This document shows positions 13,101 to 28,100 of a stretch of 64,000 nt of DNA, piece after piece (positions within the stretch are counted from its first letter, which is position 1; each line of letters starts with the position of its first letter). The position numbers and the translations under genes were made by a program. Source of the DNA: Phoronis australis (taxonomy: Eukaryota; Animalia; Phoronida); NCBI GenBank assembly GCA_002633005.1, contig NMRA01000913.1, positions 1 through 64,000 on the forward strand, in the 5' to 3' direction. A model generated the notes under the pieces. It was not told the DNA's origin and did no database searches. It saw only the letters and a program-made list of their open reading frames with translations.

Positions 13101-16100
13101 CTGCTGTGCCTCCTAGTGTCAATTTTATTTTTTTCTACGTTTAACTCAGTATCCAAAGGTCCTCAACATGTTTTCATAAAATTTTAAATCTAGGCATCTA
13201 TTGGTGTGATGATGCTATCTGCCTGTTTTTGGTTGGAATCGAGGTATTTTGCACCACCTAGTGGCCACTTTTGCTGTTTTCAAATCTTGTTTTTTGGTTT
13301 CCATCCCTGTATCAACCAAATCATTTGAAAATTTTTAAATATATTTGTTCTCCATGTGAAGACGACCTTTGATGATGGTGACTGACTACTGTGGCGCCTC
13401 CTAGTAGTAGTTTTGTTTTGTGCCCGTAGTTGTATCTCTTAAACCAACTGCAGGATCTTTGCTAAATTTAGTAAGTGTATTTATAAGAAGACAACAACAG
13501 ACGACGACTACTTTCAGGCGGATCCAACGGACACTGTGCCCACTAGTGGCAATTTCATTTTATTCTGTTTTCCTTTGTTTCTCTGAAGTTCCTTGACAGA
13601 TTTTTATGAAATATGGCATGTTCCTGCTTTTGGATGGATTGTATGTTTTTTCTAGTTTCCATTTTTATGATACAAATAAACAACCCTAAAAGCACACCAT
13701 TAGCAATGCATTCGTGGGCGCATTTCAACGCTCCGCGTTGCTCTTGTAGTTTTTTTTAATTTTATCTCTGTATCTTCAAAGGTCCTCAACCGATGTTCAC
13801 AAAATTTGGCAGATTGCCATCTATTAGTGAGTTGACGCTATCTTGTTTTCGGTTATATTCAGGGTATTTTGCTCCACCTAGTGGCCACTTTTACTGTTTT
13901 CGAGCCTTGTTATTTGGCGTCTGCCCCACTATCAACCAAACCACTCTAAGGATGGTTGTGGAAATTGGCGTGTATGTTCCTAATATAAAGAGGAGGTCTG
14001 TCAATGATTATCTACGACTTCATGTACTGTGACGCCTCCTAGTGGCAGTTATGTTTTTTGTGCCCTTAGCCGACTAGTGGCAATTTCATTTTTATGTATT
14101 CCTAGATTTCTCAGAAGTTCCTTCATGAATTTTTATGAAATTTGGTAAATAGCTTTGATGACACATACCAGTGTTTCAGATGGATACGACATATTTTGCG
14201 CCATCTAGTGGCCATTTTTATGATCCAAATAAACATGCCTAGAAGCACACCGTTTGCGTTGCATTTGTGGGCACATTTCAATGCTCTGTGTTGCTCTTGT
14301 TTATTATTTTATACTATTTTATACTTTATGAACATCTCTAACTTAGAATGAATGAGAGTTTATACTGCTTCTTAAAGAACAAGAACAAAAGTCAAAAAGT
14401 GGTTTTAAATCCTTTATGAATTACAAAATTATTGGTTTAATATAATTATAGTCATTAATAATAATTTTAGTCATCAAAAATTTGCCAGAATATCTTATGC
14501 TTATGTAGGACCTAACAAAAATGGCCAAATTTGGTTACCTTCATATATCAGAAATGGCTGATTGGTTTCATATGGAACTTTCATGTACTATCATACTTTA
14601 TGTACTATTCTCCAAATTGTTGTTAAGAATTATTTTAAAATGTTCCTTTTTGCATGAGAAGGTATCAAAAATTACAGATTTATGATTTTTATGGAAAGTT
14701 CAAAAGTTGTGTACAATGAAAACAAACTGATAATTTAGAAATCTCCAGTTATTGTTTGTCTATGATCAATGCACCTTTTCTTTTCACTAAATTTCGCTAT
14801 AAAAACACAGTCACGAAACCCAGGGGTTAAAGCTTGATATAAAGTTAAAAATTAAATTCCTTATAGAGTTCTTTCTTAAATTTTGTACTTTCATCAATTT
14901 AAATAATTCTGGTTTTTAGATATTTGACTAAATGCACTCATTTGACAAGGTCTTACAATGTAGTACATAAGCTTATCAACATTGTAGTACATAAGCTTAT
15001 CAACAAGGTAGTACATAAGCTTATCAACAATGTAGTACATAAGCTTATCAACAATGTAGTACATAAGCTTATCAACAATGTAGTACTTAAGCTTATCAAC
15101 AATGTAGTACATAAGCTTATCAACAATGTAGTACATAAGCTTATCAACAATGTAGTACATAAGCTTATCAACAATGTAGTACATAAGCTTATCAACAATG
15201 TAGTACATAAGATTATCAACAATGTAGTACATAAGCTTATCAACAATGTAGTACATAAGCTTATCAACAATGTAGTACATAAGCTTATCATTCAATATAA
15301 TAATTATGTTTTATATTGGCTGCACTAACTAAACGCCTCTTGTACTGGTGACTGTTACTCATCACTGAACTGTAGCTGGGCTCTGATTGGCTTTGTAGGT
15401 GGTGTTAAATTAACTTCTCAACTGAATTGGTTTGACTGTTTTATTGCTCAGATAAAAATTCTTGTTGTGTTTATCATGTGAAATTTACTGTCAATAAACT
15501 AATTAGCACATGGTTGGCTACGGTAAAGAAATGTTCACTTAATTGATTTCTTGTGTTATTGGAGCAGCTGGCTGTACAGCTGTGTTGATCGAAATCTGTT
15601 GCGCTCAACTGATGGCCTGTTTTTAAATAAATGAATGCTTATTAAACGGAAAACTGGCTTTTCTTTGAGCTTCTCTCTCACATATTGTGTGCTCTCGTTG
15701 TCAATTATTGTGGCTCAATTCTTGTAATCTGTGGACACGGGTGAATTGTAAGTACCTAAGTCAGTATAAACACAACAGTTTGCTTTGTAATAATATTGAG
15801 CCTTTCTTTGATTCTAAGAATTTCTTTTAACTTGTGATTTGACAAATATAGCAATGACGTTTTTATGCCTGAAACAAAATTTAATGGTTTTTCATTGTGT
15901 TTTTCAGTTTTGCTGCTTTTTACTCGCAGTTTTGAAAAAATGTGAATTATTTTTTCTTGCTTCTTGTGAGTAGAAAATTGACCAAACTCTTAAGAATTGT
16001 TTTCTAAATGTACTCTTGTTGTTCTCCATTTTACAGTCCCACACCAGAAGCCATGAGTGGGTTGCCTGGCAACAAGAGTCCAACCATGGAAGAGAAGGAA

Positions 16101-19100
16101 AAGTCATCCATGGTAAGTCTTGGTAGGGAAATCTTGTCACAGCTAAATGCAAATCAAATGTACCAAGTCATCCATGGTAAGTCTTGGTAGGGAAACCTTG
16201 TCACAGCTAAATGCAAATCAAATGTACCAAGTCATCCATGGTAAGTCTTGGTAGGGAAACCTTGTCACAGCTAAATGCAAATCAAATGTACCAAGACATG
16301 TGCCTTGGTTACTTTATTCATGGTCCATCGTTAAATATTATGTTGTTCTCTTCAATGATAGGAGATCAGAAACCAGTATCTGCTATTTGTATTGTAAATT
16401 AAGTACTATGATGACACCACAAGTGTATTGTAAGTTATATGACACTCCAAGTGTATTGTAAGTTATATGACACCCCAAGTGTATTAAAAGTTAAGTTCTT
16501 TGATGACACCACAAGTGTATTGTAAGTTAAGTACTGTGATGACACCACAAGTGTATTGTATGATGTTTCAGCTGCTTGTGTTTGTGTATTTCAGTGTGAA
16601 AAACGAAAAGAAACGCCGCCATTCCCCTATAGGATAGCTAAAGCCCTTGATCCGGAGATCTACAGAAACACAGAATTTGACGTATGGCAGGATACATGCA
16701 AAGGTGGGCATCATCTGTATGGTGAAAAGGATTCTGCACCTGAAACGTTTCACTTGTAATCATGATGCCTGTCTTAAATTAAGGGGTTATCATACACTTT
16801 TTCATAACTTTGATTTTGTGTCTTACATAAAAACGTAACAAGGCATTAGTTCTTAACACATGCCAGCCAAATTTTCTTATTTGATATTCTGTGTTTGTGT
16901 CAGTGTTTCTTCTAGTGGCAGTTATAGCTGTTTACATTGACCTCTGTATCACCAGAGGTCATAAGCAAATTTTCATTAAATTTGGCGAATTGTTTTTATT
17001 AAAGAGTCGACAACTACCTATTTGCGGACAGATCTTCCGTATTGTGTGCCACCTTGTGGTCATCTTTGTTTTGTGTCTGCTTTTCGGTGTCCCATTCTAT
17101 GTGCCAGTTAACAACATTCATCATATGTATGTTTTTAGAACTCAGTTTTCACAATGTTTGCTGGAAATGGTCCTATAACTGAGAATGAGTTAATTTTATG
17201 CTGACGTTATGCTAGTTTCAAAAATATTGAATGCGCCTACGTATTCTTAAGTTTCATGAATGCACATTGCAGTCATCTCTGTCTTGACTGCCTATGTCTG
17301 GTGTTGTATCTCCTACGTCTGGTGTCTCCTGAATAAAACCACTTGCAGTTTCTTTGTGAAATTTGGGAAAGGTAGTGATCGTATTTAGGAAAGTATGTTT
17401 GCCGTTGATTCTCAGACTGATATGACTATATATTGTAGCGCCTTGTTGTGGAAATTTTGTTCTTTTGTGCTGTTCAATGTTAACCAAATTCCTTCGTTGT
17501 CTTCCATGAAGTTTGCCATAAGTGTTTCTGTTGAGGAGAGCATGACGTGGTGATTTTTAGATGGATCTGGCTATTGTCATCGCCTGGATGGGTCTGGCTA
17601 TTGTGGCATCACTTAGATGGATTTGACTATTGTGGCATTGCTTAGATGGATATGGTTGTTGTGGCATCACTTAGATGGATTTGACTATTGTGGCATTGCT
17701 TAGATGGATATGGCTGTTGTGGCATCACTTAGAGGCAAATTGTTACTCCTGTGTAATTAATATCTACCATTTTTGATGGATATTCATGAAATTTGTCCTG
17801 TGTATTCCTGGTGAGAACACAACAGTACTGATGTTGAATTTCAGATGGATCTGATTATAAAGTAAATATTTGAATAAATTCATCCCTAATATGTTAAGGG
17901 CTGTTCCAGCAAAATCTGTGTGGGAGGGGGGGGAAGGCAACTGAAATAAAAATTTATGGGTGGTTGCGTTTGATTTAAATTCAAAATGGCTGGTGGTCGT
18001 ACTTTAAAAAAATAAAAATTTACAGGTCGTTGTTGTTTCATTGGGCCATAAATGTTTGATGGTGGGTAATTTTAGTAAATTTTATAAACAATCCGCACAG
18101 AATCAAAAACAGAAACAAAAATGCAACTTGCAAAAAGCTCCGACTTTTTCACTCCCTCCGATCTCCCCATCAGCATACCCATAACACCAGTCAACCACAG
18201 GCACTCGAATTTCTCGATGGCTAATAACCATATATAAGAAATATATGTTTTCTTAGTAATGAATGACGTTAGTGGTGATGGAGGAACAGATAAACTCAAG
18301 AGCCTGTGCAGTCAACCACAAGAACAAAAAAAAATTACGGGTGGTTGCATTTCAAACTTATAAAAAATTACGGTGGTAGGCTGAAGAAATAAATGAAAAA
18401 TATGGGTGGTGGGTGCGAAAAAAAGGTGCCTTCCCCCCCCTCCCATACAGATTTTACTGGAACAGCCCTAACTGTTTGTCATGCAAACTGTGTGGTTATA
18501 TTTAATGCTCTGCGTTGTTCATGTATAACGTGTGTTATGTTTTTCAAACTGTTAACAGCCCTTAAATAACCACAACTGCTTTTATTTTTGTGTACTATAT
18601 CAACATAATGCTCTGGATAAAATGAAAGTCTAATGCTATATAGAGATTAATACATGGCCAAGTCATTATCCCCCGTATTCTAGAGCCTGAGTGGATTTTG
18701 GAGAATTATCGCCTAGGGGCATTAGCCCTGACGGTGATACTTCTCCAAAATCCATGAGGGCTCTAGATAAGGGGGATAATGACTGAGAACGTGTAATAAT
18801 CTATTTATACCACATACTCAGTAAGACACATTGCAATGAATCGATCTACCTTTCTCAACTCACCTCGGCTTTGTAACTACTTTCTATGTCGGAGGTCCAA
18901 GGTGGGAGGTCGTGACTTTTTTAAAAAAGCCGAGCTATTTTTGTCAAATAATGCTTTTACTCAAAACCAATTGAAAATTTAAACAAAATAGAAATGAAGT
19001 AAATCTATGAATTAAGGTTTAGCAACTATTATAGCTTACTACACATTTTATCTGGCTAAGCTTCGATTGAGAAAATATCGTCCTGTAAAAGTAGGTTACC

Positions 19101-22100
19101 ACTGGCCACTGAGTATAATGCTCAAGTGGAAGGATCCCAGCGACGCGATACCCGCTTTCAAATTGGAGGTTGGTGATTTATAAGTGAGAGAAAATGAGTG
19201 ATAAATTTCACTGAATTAAAATATTGTTTTTATGGAAAGTATGCGTCTTATTTTTCATAGCGTATAAATGTCGGTACAGTGCCCTTTGTTGAGCATGCGA
19301 TTGTTGTGGGTGCTTATTTAGGTATTTGATTTTCACGTTTGATGACGTCAGCCGCTAAGTGGTACAATGGTAAAGTCGACGACCTGAAACTCTTGCGACC
19401 CGAGTTCGAAACCGGCCTCGGTTCCTGCCAAAATGCTATCTCACTAGTGGGATAAGTAAATGGGTTATTACACGGTTGTGTTGGACATTCGAGGCTGACA
19501 CTGTGGTATAAATGGGTTATTACACGGTTGTGTTAGCCATTTGAGGCTGACATTATGGTATAAATGGGTTATTACACGGTTGTGTTGGCCATTTGAGGCT
19601 GACATTATGGTATAAATGGGTTATTACACGGTTGTGTTGGCCATTCGAGGATGACATTGTGGTATAAATGGGTTATTACACGGTTGTGTTGGCCATTCGA
19701 GGCTGACATTGTGGTATAAATGCCCTTATCACCCTCATATTTTGTTATTGTGTGTAGAAATAATTTTAAAAATGATGTTTTTACAGCTGAAATTTTCAAT
19801 TAGGAAAAGAAGAATTCCAGCTTAATTTTCATGAAGTTTAAACTTCCTGATCAAATGTTGATGCAAGTCATTATGAAGTTCCTGCAGATATAACTAAATT
19901 TAGCACATTGACTTCTTATCATAGGGGAAATCGAACACTGTGTGCCTATTATTGACAAATGAATTTTGTTGGGATTGGCTCAGCACAGATTCATAAAATC
20001 TTGGCTAAATTATAAGACAGGTGTTACGCACATTTGTTGTAAGTTAGAGGCCAATCAATAAACGCGCTGTCAATTTGATTCCATATTCCATTGTGACATG
20101 TGTTCCTCTGTTGCAGACCAAGTGGAAATCATGTTCAGCCAGTTCTCCACGGGAGACAAATGTCAGGTAAGAATATGGAACGGGACTTTTTGGGAACTTG
20201 CTTTGATTCTGGTAGCTTTCGTTTTTTGTTTGATTTGCTTTTAGTTTTTTTTTGTTCTAGTAAGTTGCTGTGGTTTACGTAACCCGAGTTCATTTTGTTG
20301 TGTTATCTGAAGAGGTTAGATTGATAAGAGAGTTGAATTGTTAAGGGAGTTGGTCTATTATTAAGAGTTCTATACAGTTTATGACAGGTTTAAGAGTTCT
20401 ATACAGTTATAACGACAGGCTTAAGAGTGGTATACAGTTATAATGACAGGTTTAAGTGAAAAGTGAATTTGTTCTTGAAAATCTAGACACAATGATTTTA
20501 TGTAGAATGATCAGAATTAATAATAGTAGTGCACTTGTTTCTCACCATGTAAAAGAAAAAACCTAAAATCTAAAATTGAATTAGGGAAGACATGTAAAGG
20601 TACACAGTAAAATAATACACACAAGATATTTTGAATGGATTTTACAATTATTTTGATAGATACCATAAATTTTATTTCTTGATTGTTAATACATACAAGA
20701 TATTTTGAATGGATTTTACAATTATTTTGATAGATACCATAAATTTTATTTATTGATTGTTAATACATACAAGATATTTTGAATGGATTTTACAATTATT
20801 TTGATAGATACCATAAATTTTATTTATTGATTGTTAATTACCAATAATTAAAAATGTAATCATCAAATTTGATAGTAAAGTCCATTTACATTGTTTCACG
20901 CTTTTTGCCAAATTACGCAACAATCATGCATGCGTGCCAGAGATGCAAATCAAGGGCATCGTAACAGTGGAAGGCGGGAGTTACGGCAACAGACGTTTTT
21001 GTAACAAGCATAATGCCAGATTAATAGCAGGGTTCTAGGCTGTAAGATTTGCAAGAAATCATCAGTTTATGTCGAAACATTTGTAAGTATAGTATATTTG
21101 CTAGAAACTAAATTAACATACTTAATGGGCCTATGGCCTTGAATATTTGAAATAAAAATATGTCTGGCCATTGAACTATAAGTTAAAGTTTTCACTTATT
21201 ATTTTTAATGATCCCTTTTTGAAACCGGAAAGCCGTACTTTGGGGTTGTTCAACACCGGGTGTGCCCTCTGTTGTTGCTGGTACGAATCCTGTAACAGGT
21301 CAGAGTTCACTGCAGGGAAATCAAATCCAGGATCTCTGTTCAGACTTGGTTCTGTGGACTTGAATCTCAGTAGCCTCCTGTACCATGCACTTCCAATTAT
21401 CTGGGTGTAGACTTAATACTCTGAAATCCTCGCGAGAAACCTGGTGATATAGATACCTGGCATGTTCTTGAATGACAGTAATGTGTCACCCCTCGTTGAA
21501 AGGTGTGGTGTGAATATAAGTGTGGTGGGTGTAGTGACAACTATATCGGTGAGACGGGTCACCGACCAGGGTTAAGAACCATCACAATCCCAAACTTGGA
21601 CCCATTACTGCTGAAGTTGACAAGAGCATCTAATGCAGACACAAATAATTTACATGCAAAGCCTGTTTTGCTGAAAAACAATTACTTCAGCTGCTGCATT
21701 TAATCAGCACACATTTCATCATTGTTTTATATGTGGAGAAGTTTGCTCTCAAATGCGTATAGTTTTGGTCGATGATATCCTTCCATAGATGTAATCAGAA
21801 GCATTCTTAACAAAAATTGTTTTGGGTCCATGGGAATGCAAGGCTGGGCCCAGCCGTGTTGTGTGCCTGGCCCTATGTCTGCTAGGCAGGGCCCAGACAT
21901 GTTTTGTGCCTGGCCCCATGACTACTAGGCAGGACCCAGCCATGGTGTGTGCCAGGCCCTATGACTGCAAGGCAGGGCCCAGCGGTGGTGTTTGCCTGGC
22001 CCCATGACTGCAAGCCAGGGCCCAGTCATGTTGTGTGCCTGGCCCTATGACTGCAATGTAGGGCCTAGCCGTGATGTGTGCCAAGCTCTTAGTTGATGAT

Positions 22101-25100
22101 ACATGAAAGGACTGTATTCTGGCTATAAATTGATCCATAATCATGTTCAGTGGGTGGCAAGTAGTTGGTCATTGTTTCTTAACGTGTAAATGTTCTTTTT
22201 CTGCTTTAAGAAGCAATAAACATGACTCGATAAACAAGTTATCAGTAAAAGGGGAGAACGTCCCGTAGATTCAAGAATCTTTTGAAAATGCAAGGTTGTG
22301 CAAAACTTGGCAAGATACCGCCTTGTATTACAAGTAAAGTGTGTGATCACTCTAGTTTCTTTCACAACATTCTACAGTTTGTGGTAAGCCTTAAGTTGTG
22401 GCATAATTCAGCGGAAACAAGTGAGGCAATTCTGAGCTTATTTTTATGTTACTCATACTTAAAAATTAATAAAGTGGATGAAACAGAATTTTATTTTTCT
22501 TAAATAGATTTCTTTGTTTTTGAAAACGGAAAACTAGTGTCTCTATTAAGGTGATTGAATATCAACCTTCAATGAAGTCCTTTCTCTTAGCATCAGTATT
22601 TTATTTTCTGAATCCTGTATGACTGAAAAATCTTCATTGATAATTACTTAAAACGTCTCGAATTGGTTCATTATTGTATGGACGTGACAGTAATTTTTTG
22701 CTTTGAACATTAACTTTTAAAAGAACCTAACCTGCAGGTGACTTATTTCTATTTAAACTGTATCTCTTTACCAATATGCAGGGAGATTTCTGTCATATTT
22801 TACTAATATGCAGGGGGATTTCTCAGTCATGTTTTACCAATATGCATGGGGCTTTCTCAGACATATTAAACCAATATGCATGGGGTTTTCTCAGTCATAT
22901 TTTTACCAATATGCATGGGGTTTTCTCAGTCATATTTTTACCAATATGCAGGGGGATTTCTCAGTCATATTTTTACCAATATGCATGGGGCTTTCTCAGT
23001 CATATTTTTACCAATATGCAGAGAGATTTCTCAGTCATATTTTTATTTTTATTCACCCTCAAACAACAGAGATACCCAACATCAAAGTTGTTTCGATTTC
23101 AAAATGTGATCATTTTTCATTTTTGATGGCTTTATTGTTTGAAGGAAAAAATCTGAGATTTAGTTTCCTCAGCACAAGTGTAAAATTTCATGGGAATTGG
23201 CACCAAAGTGAAATCACGTTATTGAAATCAACTGATAGAAGCCCTCCCAAACATTATGCATGTTTGGCACATAGATAACTCGTTTAGATGAGTAGCGATA
23301 ATATGCAATATGTGAATATTGAATTTGTGGGAACGTGCACAGAGGTTAATAACTGTGGTGAAACATTGATAACTACTATTTTGAAGTAGAATAATGAAAT
23401 TGTCGTTCATTGGAAGTTAATATTTGAAAAACTTCAACTTAAGTATACCAAAATCAAATAGAAGTATTTTTATTCTTTTTTGTGAGTAATTCATTATGTT
23501 TGAAATTGGTTTGTATGTACATGTACAGCTTTGTTCTTACAAAGCAGCTTACACCAGGGTATCTATGCATACTCTAATCAATGGACATTTGATTAAAAGC
23601 ATTGACTACTTGAGTTGTAAATTAAGTTTTAATTGTTGAAATGTATTTAGCAATGTTATTTTCCCATTACCCTGCAGCATAGCTCGTCACATACCCTGGC
23701 CAGTGTAGATTCTGATAAATAGATTCAGAAAGGATATCCTGAAAGTTTTCAGTCTACTTGGTAATTCTTAGTATCAATGCATTAAAGTGTACACAACATG
23801 ACTCTAGTACCTCAAAATAAGTTTTATTATTATATCTTACTTGATTTCAGTGCCTTTAGTGCACAGCTCATAAAGAAACACACAAAAATTGAAAAAAATG
23901 ATAATTATGTACAACGTCATGGGTTGAACCCAAGTCGTTCGCCATACTGTTCGGATCAGAGACGTAGTGTATAGAGTGAAGAGAAAGCAAAGTATATTTA
24001 GCATCGAGAAGGTTCGTAGAGGGATCAAAAGATGTGTTTCCGGAGGCTGCAGCAACAGCAGCCAGGCGGAAAACGTCTCGGTGTTCCGAAGGACACCAAA
24101 GTTGCACAGAAGTGGCATGGCTTCGTGCGCCGAACGAGAGTGTGGGACGTCATCGCGGGCCAAGCAATTCGGTCCGGGGCCACTCTGTGTACTGCCCACT
24201 TTGAGGACTTGTGTTTCGACTCCAGTCACAGGAGACGTTACGATGAACGCCTGGTTCAATAAAGGACAACATTTATCATTCAGAAACATCAGCTCTTAAT
24301 TCAGGATCGTCTTTTGGATGACTGGGTTGACTCGCCGAGCCCGAGGCCGCTTCTCTCGCGTGAGGATCCAGTTCATATGGCTGAAAGTAGAAAAGTACGC
24401 AGCCGGAAGCACATTAAACTTGTTCTCGCTTTCGTGCAACCCCATTTCCTCATCCTGGCCACCATTCCCGTACGTTTCTTCATAGTATTCGTTCAATTCT
24501 TGCTCATAATCGTCGTCACCTTCAAATTCCTGCTCTCCGCCATTGTTCAATGCTAGTCACTGATCTCTTGTGTTCAACCCATGACGTCACATGGCGGGAA
24601 ATGTGAAAATTGGCAAAATTGGAAGAAAAATCAAAATTTCAAGCTAATTACACAAAATAAACATGGGTTTAGCTAAATTTTACGTCATACATTTAGTCTG
24701 TGGCCACTGGTAATTCAAAATGTGCAAAAATCCATGGTGTGTACTGTTTAAGTCAGGAATTTATTTCAATCTGCAATCTGTGAATATGTTAGCTATATTC
24801 CTATGCATACATACGTTAGCTATATACTTATGCATACATACGTTAGTTATATACCTATGCATGCGTACGTTAGCTATATACCTATGCATACATACGTTAG
24901 TTATATACCTATACATAGTATCATACGTTAGCGATATACCTATAAATACATATGTTAGTTATATACCTATGCATGCACACGTTAGTTATATACCTATGCA
25001 TACACACGTTAGTTATATACCTATGCATACATACGTTAACTATATACCTATGCATACATACGTTAGCTATATACCTATGCATACATACGTTAGCTATATA

Positions 25101-28100
25101 CCTATTCATACATACGTTAGCTGTATACCTATGCATACATGTGTTAGTTATATACCTATGCATACATATGTTAGCTATATACCTATACATACATATGCTA
25201 GTTATATACCTATACATAGTGATACATACGTTAGCTATATACCAGTATGCTCAAGACTAATACTTAATTTTTTCAACTGAGTATGTTGTGTATACTGCAT
25301 ACGTTCAATAAATCAATCCTTTGGTACTGTACTTGAGATATTGTTTATGCAGTTGAGTCTGATACAGTAAGCAGAAGTGTAGGCTGTGACAGTCTCGACT
25401 TTTGAGATATCTCCAATCCTCTTATTCATGGTGGGAGGAAAACTATAATATCAAGTTATTTGCATTTTATTCTGTTTTAAGTGCCACATATTTGTAATTA
25501 ATAGAGTGTATTCCATTCAGTTTTCATACGTTCCTCTCAACAGACGATTTGTCAAACTAACCTTAAGAGCCTTGTTTTACAATTCTGCTTCAGCACTGGG
25601 AGTTTCCCATAAAGTGATCTAGGTGCTTGTCGGAAAAATATGTTTTCTCAAGTCACTGTTTGTTCCCAAAAAGCATCTGTTTGGTAAATTTGTATTTTCC
25701 GGAAACTTGACTGGATATCTATTTTATTTGAAGGGACCTAGTAAATAGCGGTAGATAAATGCTGATTGACTATTGGTTGTTACTTAATTTTTATGCGCCC
25801 ACATATTTATATGTGGACGCATTATGCCGTCATCTCCTTTCGTCCGTCCGGCCGGCCGGCGTCCGTCTGGCCGGCGTTCGTCTGGCGTCAGGCGTCTGCT
25901 GCTTTATCTCCAAAACCCTTTGACATACATTCATGAAATTTGGCACATATGTTCCATTCGGACGGATCCGACTACCGGTGTGCCCCCTAGTGGCAATTTT
26001 AGTTTTTTACGCTTACCTTTGTATCTTCAAAAGTCCTGAACGGATTTTCATGAAATTTGGTATGTTGGCACCTATTAGTGAGATGACGCTATCCTCCCGT
26101 TTTCAGATGGATTCGACATAGTTTGCGCCACCTAGTGGCCATTTTTAGTGTTTTCGAGTTTTGTGCGTCCACCCCTCTATCAACCAAACCGCTCAAAGGA
26201 TGATTGTGAAAATTGGCATGTATATGCTTACTATGTAGAGGANNNNNNNNNNNNNNNNNNNNNNNNNNNNNNNNNNNNNNNNNNNNNNNNNNNNNNNNNN
26301 NNNNNNNNNNNNNNNNNNNNNNNNNNNNNNNNNNNNNNNNNNNNNNNNNNNNNNNNNNNNNNNNNNNNNNNNNNNNNNNNNNNNNNNNNNNNNNNNNNNN
26401 NNNNNNNNNNNNNNNNNNNACGCTATCCTCCCGTTTTCGGATGGATTCGACGTAGTTTGCGACACCCAGTGGCCATTTTTACTGTTTTTGAGTCTGTTTT
26501 TTGGCGTCCACCCCTCTATCAACCAAACCGCTCTAAGTATGATTGTGAAAATTGGCATGCATGTTCTTACTATGAAGAGGACGGTTGACGCTGAATTTCC
26601 CATGACTTTGATTACTGTGGCGCCTCCTAGTGGCAGTTTTTTTTGCGCCCATGGCTGTATCTCCCAAACCGTTAGCAGGATCTTTCCTAAATTAAGCAAG
26701 TGTATTGATGTGATGTTGAAAACGGACGATGACGACTTAGGATGCCTCTAGTGGCAATTTTCTATTTAAGAAGCAATGACATGTTTCCCTTTTCGGACGG
26801 ATTGTATGTTTTTTCGCCATCTAGTGGCCATTTTTATGACAGAAATAAACAACCCTAAAAGCACGCCATTTGCGATGCATTCGTGGGCGCATTTCAACGC
26901 CCAGCGTTGCTCTTGTTTTGTCACTCCGTCATTGCAAAGATAAATTTCCATTAAATATCTACTTCTTGATTTTCAGTATAATTCAAGGGGCAGTTTGAGG
27001 GCACCACCATTTGAGGGCACCACAATTTGAGGGTACCACCATTTGAGGGCACCACCATTTGAGGGCACCACAATTTGAGGGTACCACCATTTGAGGGCAC
27101 CACAAATTGAGGGCACCCCAATTTGAGGGCACCACCATTTGAAAAGAGAATTTATAACCATGAGTTGGGCAAACCTTTGATTGTGGAAATGAGCCAATGG
27201 CGTAAATGGGTCTTTTACTATGACTAGAACACTGCTGGTACAATACAATGTAACTTTTCATGCGATTTTGTGGACAAGTGAAATTCTATTTTCTCATTTT
27301 TTTTCGTTTTAAATATTATGTAGAGTGAAATTGGTGCTTTGCAATGATGGAGCTCTGTATTATAGTTAGCATCAGAAAATCTCGAAAAATTGTGGACATT
27401 TGCAGCATTGTTTGAAGACTTTGAATCTCGGTACTTTTACCTTTTTTGAAATGCAAACACAAGCGCAGTGTGCCCTGACCAACATTTTCAACAAATCAAC
27501 ACCACAAGATTGCGAACACTGGTATTCATGTCTATGTTACAAACGGTTGAAAATTTGAATTTTTTGTGGTCGTAATCTAGAGAGATTACCGTGCCTATTT
27601 CTATTGGATTTTACGCTAATACTTTACAAATTGAGCAATGCTATTATGTTGGCATCTACAAAACATTTAGCTGGAGTTATTGCTGTCTGTAACTGCCTTG
27701 GACTCATGACTCAGTATTCCATTTCACACTATATCACCATGAACTAAATGGCCATCATTTATTGCTTTTGTCAGAAAGTTTTTGGTAGACCCATCTTGGT
27801 GTATTTTGGTTTGACAATTTTTATTTAACTTTAAATTATGACTGATTGTGACTAAAAATGACTTGTCAAGCCTCAGTCTGATGTAACCAGTACACCTTGT
27901 GTTGCTTCCAAACTGTGGTCTTAGTTGATACTTAGTACACTCTGTTCTTTGTCTCTTTGTCAAGGGACACACACTCTGTGTGAGTGTACAAGGGACACAC
28001 ACTCTGTTTGAGTGTACAAGTGACACACACTGTGTGTGAGTGTACAACCTGTGAGCTGGTTCATGTGTTGTTGGAGATATTGATCGAGTTATTCAAACTT

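Larger units (their letters stand above)
11122..14301 (+). mobile_element. HINE copy (11122-11146 + 12458-13747) split by an insertion, followed by a second HINE 3' part (13748-14301)
   Basis: 5' hairpin halves on either side of the insertion; two 3' ends GTGGGC(G/A)CATTTCAA(C/T)GCTC..GTTGCTCTTGT. Confidence 0.8.

Noticed and set aside
19350-19422. Functional tRNA gene (also 165-232 and 37612-37722)
   Set aside because: A/B boxes present but acceptor and anticodon stems do not close; treated as SINE heads
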